Shown here: positions 21,064 through 26,304 of the stretch, one piece after another | Position numbering within the stretch: position 1 is the stretch's first letter | Layout: every line of letters begins with the position of its first letter | NCBI GenBank assembly: GCA_965233585.1 | Contig: CBDDTI010000023.1 | Location: 1 to 26,304, forward strand | DNA length: 26,304 nt | Reading direction: 5' to 3' | DNA from: a bacterium | Lineage (GTDB): Bacteria; SAR324; NAC60-12 | The notes under the pieces: model-generated | Seen by the model: only the letters and a program-made list of their open reading frames with translations | Databases searched by the model: none | Told to the model about the DNA's origin: nothing | Made by a program: the position numbers and the translations under genes

Positions 21064-21699
21064 GTGACATTAAAGAATCTTCCCATCCGTTCCACATCTT
21101 TTCCAAATGATGCCAAAAAAGAAAAATTACTCAAGCATATTTTCCTATAGCAAGCTGAATTAATTCTGGCTAAAAAGCACAGAGGTTTTTTCTCCTGAAG
21201 AAAATACTAGAAATTTTTGTCGTTTTTTGGGACGCTTCCCATCCTTTCCATCTTTCCAAATGATGCAAAAATACAAAAATCTCACATTATTTAACCCTTT
21301 ATGGCTGACATGTACAGACAGGTGTCATCTAATCTCTTTCCAAAGTATCCCAAAGAGCACAGAAAAGTCACAAACAATTGACCGAGTGTTATTTTTCTTC
21401 AGAGTCCCTTCTGTAAAATTCATCTTTTTCAGTCTGGGATCAAACGTCGTCTTTTTTTTTTAAATCCCAAACCTTAAGTGGAGCAGATAAACACCGCATA
21501 TCCACTTCTTGCAAGAAGCAGCAAAAGAAAACAAAGACGGCAAAGGGAAAGCGGGAAATAGGGAAGAAATTATCCAAATACGCTGGTTGGAAGCAGGGGA
21601 AGAATTTGCATCCAAATCCGCGGTCAGCCAAACAAAGAGCAACAAATAAATACAGTCAATAAAACCATGTCCCCTTAGACAGCACCAGCTCTTTTCAGG

Positions 21700-22745
21700 G
21701 GCATGATAGGCGAAGATTTATTGTTGCAAGTCCCATACTTGCCACACCAAAGGTGTGGCATTCCAACGCCACACCTGAAACCAAGCGCTTCCATCAGAGG
21801 CAGCGAGTGGCATAAGTACCACAGATGCAATACAGGACACCTGCCATAAAAAAGAAAGATGGATGTCTGCAAGTGCCACGTCTGCCACCCTGAAAGCCCA
21901 TGCGTTCGGCGCCAGACCAAGGCTGGCCAGTGGTTGGCAAGTTCTGTGTAAGTTGGTAGTGTGACGACAAGCTGTGTTTAAGCAAGTTGTAAAATGGAAT
22001 TTACGTGTGAGGATGTCGAATGACGACATATTATATGGGAACGCCACGTGAAAATGCCAGTCAATATTATCAAGTGCCACCCCTTTGGCCGAACCTCGCC
22101 ATCAGAGCCAGCCCAGTACCACACATAGCGCCTGCCGCGCAAAAATGGAAATGGATGTCATTACGCGTCACCCCGGCCACGTGAAACCAAAATAGATATT
22201 TCCAACTGTCGAGGCAGGCAGGGAGGTTTGGAGGCGTGCTTTGAGCAGGTGGCCCAAGGATTATGCCTCATAAAAAGTGTTCATCGACATAACAAAACCA
22301 TATCGTTCCCAGGGACGCTTGACATCTCGACTTTGAGATTGATAGCTTGACGCACTGACCAACTGAGGTTTGGAAGCCTCTGCCGCAGGCCAAAACTTGT
22401 GCCTACGTTAAAAAGGTGCCTGCAAAAACTAACGCAAAAATTATACCCATGGCAGGCCACCATACCTGCCATTACCAACAACCGCGGCCTGAAACCAAGC
22501 GCGCCACGAAAAATAGTCCAATACCACAGGTACCACACCGAACACGCCAGAGTTGAAGTCGATGTCACCAGGTACCATCCTGTGATGTAGAATGAAAATC
22601 GATGTTTCCATATGCCAGGCCTGCCATCCGAAGAGCCGCGGGGTCCCGGCACCACACCTATAACAAGCACGCCACCAGAGCCAGCCCAGTGCCGTAAGTA
22701 CGACGCCAGAATAAGCTATGTATCGCCAAGTTGTGTGTAGGCAAG
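21700..22745 (-). repeat. Degraded interspersed repeat with AGTGCCACG(C/T)CTGCCAC and CAGAGCCAGCCCAGT motifs
   Basis: aagtgccacgtctgccac at 21871; cagagccagcccagt near 22103 and 22676; gatgtcacca motifs. The core is the reverse complement of the motif at 1-620. Boundaries are approximate. Confidence 0.6.
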
Positions 22746-22800
22746 TGGTCTAAGCAAAAAAGGCTGGACGCAATAAACGGAACCGAACGGGGCCGGATAG

Positions 22801-23240
22801 TATAAAACCAAAAACCTCACACAAAAATATAGGGAATTATAATAATTTCATCCAAAATATATTACCAAAATTATTTTAATAAAAATATTGTTTAAAAAAA
22901 TTATAAAAATAATATAAAAAATTCACCAAAAAAATTTATATAAAAACCTCGTACAAAAAAATTATATATCAATTTATTATAATAATTTTATTTAAAAAAA
23001 CTTATATAAATTTATCCAAAAAAAAAATTAAAAATATCAGGTTTAAAAAAAAAAAAAACAAATTACAAAAATAAAGATTTTATAAGGAAATTTTTAAAAA
23101 CATTTTATATAAACAAATTATAAAAAAAATAATAATCTTATTCGGAACTTGTTTATTAATAAATTAATTAAAAAAATTATTTTAAAATCCTTTTCAAATT
23201 TTTTATGGAGATTTCCTATAAAAAATTTATAAAAATAGTT
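22801..23240. other. A/T-rich low-complexity tract
   Basis: Poly-A runs, almost no G/C, no periodic unit. Confidence 0.8.
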
Positions 23241-23745
23241 TTTCGAAAAGATTTTGGACGTTCAATATCCAAGCTGACGAGAGTTGTCAGAGGCAATTAT
23301 CTCCACGGTTAATGAGTTAACATTAATGTACAAATAGATAACGGGGTTTGTAAACAACCGCAACGAATTGCCTGAATAGGAGGCCCATTCGCGTCCTACC
23401 GTGCGCGCAATTAACGGTAATGACGAGGGAAATCGCGACAATTCTTTTACTCAAATCCGTTCCCTTAATAACAAATTCTATAACGCGAAATATCGCCTAT
23501 ATACGGTTCGCGAAGCGCTTACTTACGCCAACGAAAATAAATTGCCCAAGTAAATCGTTCCACGCCATCACGATACTTGAGGGGGGGAACACGAAAGGTA
23601 GGTAAGCAAGAAAGGAACCGAAGAAAAATGAAGGGGAAAGGACAGGGAAAAAAACATAAAGCGGATTCTGGTAAAAGCGACGCGGCCATTTTCTTTCCAA
23701 AAATATGAAGGGGAGTCTGGTAAAAGCCACTGAAAGGCTTCGGCG

Positions 23746-24778
23746 ATGTGGTTAGGGTTGGTGGTGGTTGTGGTGTTGGTGTTGGTGGTAGTGTTTCTGG
23801 TGTTGTTGGTGTGGTTGGGTTTGTTGGTGGTGTTGGTGTTGTTGGTCGTGTTGTTGGTGTTGGTATTGTTTGTGTTCCTGTTGTTGTCGTTGTTGTTGTT
23901 GCTGTTGTTGCTGCTGCTGATGGTGTTGTTGTTGTTGTTGCTGTTGCTGCTGATGGTGTTGTTGTTGTTGTGTGTTGTTGTGTTGTTGTGTGTTGTTGTG
24001 TGTTGTTGTGTGTTGTTGTGTGTTGTTGTGTGTTCTTGTGTGTGTTGTGGTGTGTTGTGGTGTGTTGTGGTGTGTTGTTGTGTGTTGTTTGTGTTGTTGT
24101 GTGTGTTGTTGTGTGTTGTTGTGTGTTGTTGTGTGTTGTTGTGTTGTTGTGTTGTTGTGTGTTGCGTGTGTTGTTGTGTCTTGTTGTGTGTTGTGGTGTG
24201 TTGTTGTGTGTTGTGTGTGTTGTGTGTGTTGTGTGTGTTGTGTGTGTTGTGTGTGCGTGTGTGTTGCGTGTGTTGTGTGTGTTGTGAGTGTTGCGTGTGT
24301 TGTGTGTGTTGTGTGTGTGTGTTGTGTGTGTTGTTGTGTGTTGTTGTGTGTTGTTGTTGTTATTGTTGTCATTGTCGTTGTAGTTGTTGTGGTTGTTGTG
24401 GTTGTTGTGGTTGTTGTGTGTTGTTGTGTGTTGTGGTGTGTTGTTGTGCGTTGTGGTGTGTTGTTGTGTGTTGTGTGTGTTGTGTGTGTGTGTTGTGTGT
24501 GTTGTGTGTGCGTGTGTGTTGTGTGTGTGTGTGTTGTGTGTGTTGCGTGTGTTGCGTGTGTTGTGTGTGTTGTGTGTGTTGTATGTGTGTTGTGTGTGTG
24601 CTGTGTGTGTTGTGTGTTGTGTGTGTTGTGTGTTTTGTGTGTTTTGTGTGTTTTGTGTGTTGTGTGTTGTGCGTTGTGCGTTGTGCGTTGTGTGTTGGTG
24701 TTGTTGTTGTTGGTGTTGTTGTTGTCGTCGTTGTTGTTGTTGTTGCTGTTGGTGTTGTTGTTGTTGGTGTTGGTGTTA
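23746..24778 (+). repeat. Compound GT-rich microsatellite (GTT, GTGTT, GTGTGTT, GGT units)
   Basis: About 1 kb of almost only G and T; it explains the stop-free V/C/L and T/H/Q ORFs in several frames. Confidence 0.96.
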
Positions 24779-25240
24779 TCCCTGCAGCGTTTTTGCTCGG
24801 TTCCGTAGTGGCCGAAAATCGTCAAATCGGTGGTGTTTTCCCGTGTTTTTGCAACTCTCGGAGCAAAAAACACCGTAAATACCAATGTTTTTGGCGGGTC
24901 GGAAGCCCAACCAAAACCACGGTATTTACGATGTTTTTTGCCTCTGGTAGTAAAAAGCACGGTATTTACAGTGTTTTTTGGCCAGCACCTGGCAAAAACA
25001 CTGGTATTTACGGAGGTTTCACCATGTAGCAAAATGTAGTTTCTTGATCCGAAAAGAACAAAAATACTGTAAATTACAATGTTTTGAGTCTCCTCTTAGG
25101 GTGCGTGGGAGGTGTGGAGGGGGGGGGAGTGGGGGGGGTACTAAAATGACTAGCAATCTCCTGAAGAATCAGGTAACGGGGCTGGCCGCCCTCCCCTTTA
25201 CTTCGTAAAGTAAAACTCAAGGTAGCTTTCGTGATTTATA
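24779..25240. repeat. Interspersed repeat segment with ~40-bp-spaced GGTATTTAC motifs
   Basis: GGTATTTAC at 24921, 24961 and 25003, inverted at 24875; related aaaatactgtaaattacaatgtttt at 25061; short hairpin ctttac-ttc-gtaaag near 25196-25210. Confidence 0.65.
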
Positions 25241-25447
25241 TTCGGAAATTAGAACAAAATAATGTGAATTCCCGTGACGGCGCCCCTACAATCCACCCTC
25301 CGATCATTGCGTCTATAAGCGTCAGCGGATGCTTCGATGGCGTCATTGAGTATATTGGCTGGGTTGGCGACTGATTTGTTTTTTCGTACCCTTGTGCGCA
25401 AGTCTATGGTCGAAAGCAAGCAACCTGCAATACACGTCGCAGATATC

Positions 25448-25596
25448 TTGCCCGCTCTCAAACCTTCCAAACCCTTCCGCAGGCCTTTCGACGGAAACTC
25501 TCACCGCAGTCATCTATTGGTTTGTCCGCCCCTCAAACCCTCCAAACCCTCCCGTAGGCCTTTCCCAGCAACTCCCGCCACACGCCGCAGCCATCT
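25448..25596 (+). repeat. Diverged 74-bp tandem duplication
   Basis: ttgcccgctctcaaaccttccaaacccttccgcaggcctttc (25448) vs ttgtccgcccctcaaaccctccaaaccctcccgtaggcctttc (25522); both end in cgcag(t/c)catct. Confidence 0.8.
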
Positions 25597-25882
25597 GTTT
25601 TTTAGGACGTTCAAGCCTGCCGTTCATGGGCTTTCTGTTCTGACACGTGTTATTTCGTTTTCTTGCATGGTTTCCCAGCGACCCTCCCCGAACGAACGGG
25701 ATGACCCCACAACAATTTGATATACCGGGCACGAGTGGGCATGGCGCCGCCCCATTTTGGTGGTACTTAAACTCTCCCCGTTGTAAAATAGGCACATGTA
25801 AACCCTTGAAGCTTAAATGCCAAATTTAATTAATTAAGCCCTTGGAATCCAAATGTATACGGTCTATGCGCATTCCTTCCTC

Positions 25883-26304
25883 CCCCTTCAAAAGGGGTCG
25901 GCGGCACCAGGGCGTTAGCCCATTCCGGCGATGCCGTCGGTGGTGGCAACTAAACATAGCTTTAGCTACCCGGGGGCGCGCAGTGCCGCCGACCTTTTTG
26001 GTGCTGGGGTTTTCACATTTTTCGGGTCTAGGGTGGACAAAAAGAGGGTGAAATTTGAAGATGCGTTTTGGAAGTCCTAAAATCGGAAAAAAATGCCGTT
26101 TTGACACATTTTTCGGACGATGTTGTTTCGCTTTTCGGAAGTCACAAAATGTTGTAAATTACAACATTTTTGCGTTTTAACGTCGTAGCCACTTTCGGGG
26201 ACTAAAACTGTGGTATTTACACGGGTTCTTGCCATCTCACAGCGCAAAATGCTGTAAATTACAACACTTTGTGCGCATAGGCATAGGCCAACATAGCCCC
26301 AAGC
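25883..26304. repeat. Start of another element of the GTAAATTAC/GGTATTTAC family, with a terminal stem-loop; runs off the window
   Basis: 12-bp perfect inverted repeat ggtcggcggcac (25896-25907) / gtgccgccgacc (25983-25994); perfect palindrome aaaatgttgtaa-a-ttacaacatttt (26146-26170); GGTATTTAC at 26212. Confidence 0.55.

Noticed and set aside
23746..25032. 427-aa, 426-aa and 278-aa ORFs
   Set aside because: Stop-free only because of the GT microsatellite; open in several frames on both strands with V/C/L or T/H/Q composition.
24875..25085. CRISPR-like regularly spaced repeats
   Set aside because: The conserved core is only about 9 bp, occurs in mixed orientation with irregular spacing, and there are no cas genes.
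26183..26197. Dinoflagellate spliced-leader relic (tcgtagccactttt vs CCGTAGCCATTTTGGCTCAAG)
   Set aside because: Only a short partial match, lacking GGCTCAAG and any downstream gene; compatible with chance.

Overview
Repeat-dominated, eukaryotic-looking window with no supportable intact protein-coding gene, RNA gene or CRISPR array. The repeat vocabulary (CGTGGCAGGCG motifs, ACACT heptamers, GTAGTT and GT-rich microsatellites) resembles Symbiodiniaceae dinoflagellate DNA, from recollection rather than a search. The core is a 16-kb head-to-tail array (5063-21063) of six ~2.19-kb units. Each unit is a dead reverse-transcriptase segment of a minus-strand non-LTR retrotransposon, whose C-terminal CCHC knuckle and 3' end survive only once, at the left edge. 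Unit 2 is interrupted by a 2.9-kb non-coding nested insertion (7488-10401). It consists of two direct ~1.3-kb modules with bipartite imperfect terminal inverted repeats around a 325-bp palindromic spacer, with a CA duplication only at the outer ends. Each module contains a foldback MITE with an 8-bp target-site duplication (TSD), and one central hairpin loop is flipped (TG vs CA) between the two copies. The flanks are interspersed repeats, microsatellites and AT-rich tracts that may be low-quality sequence.
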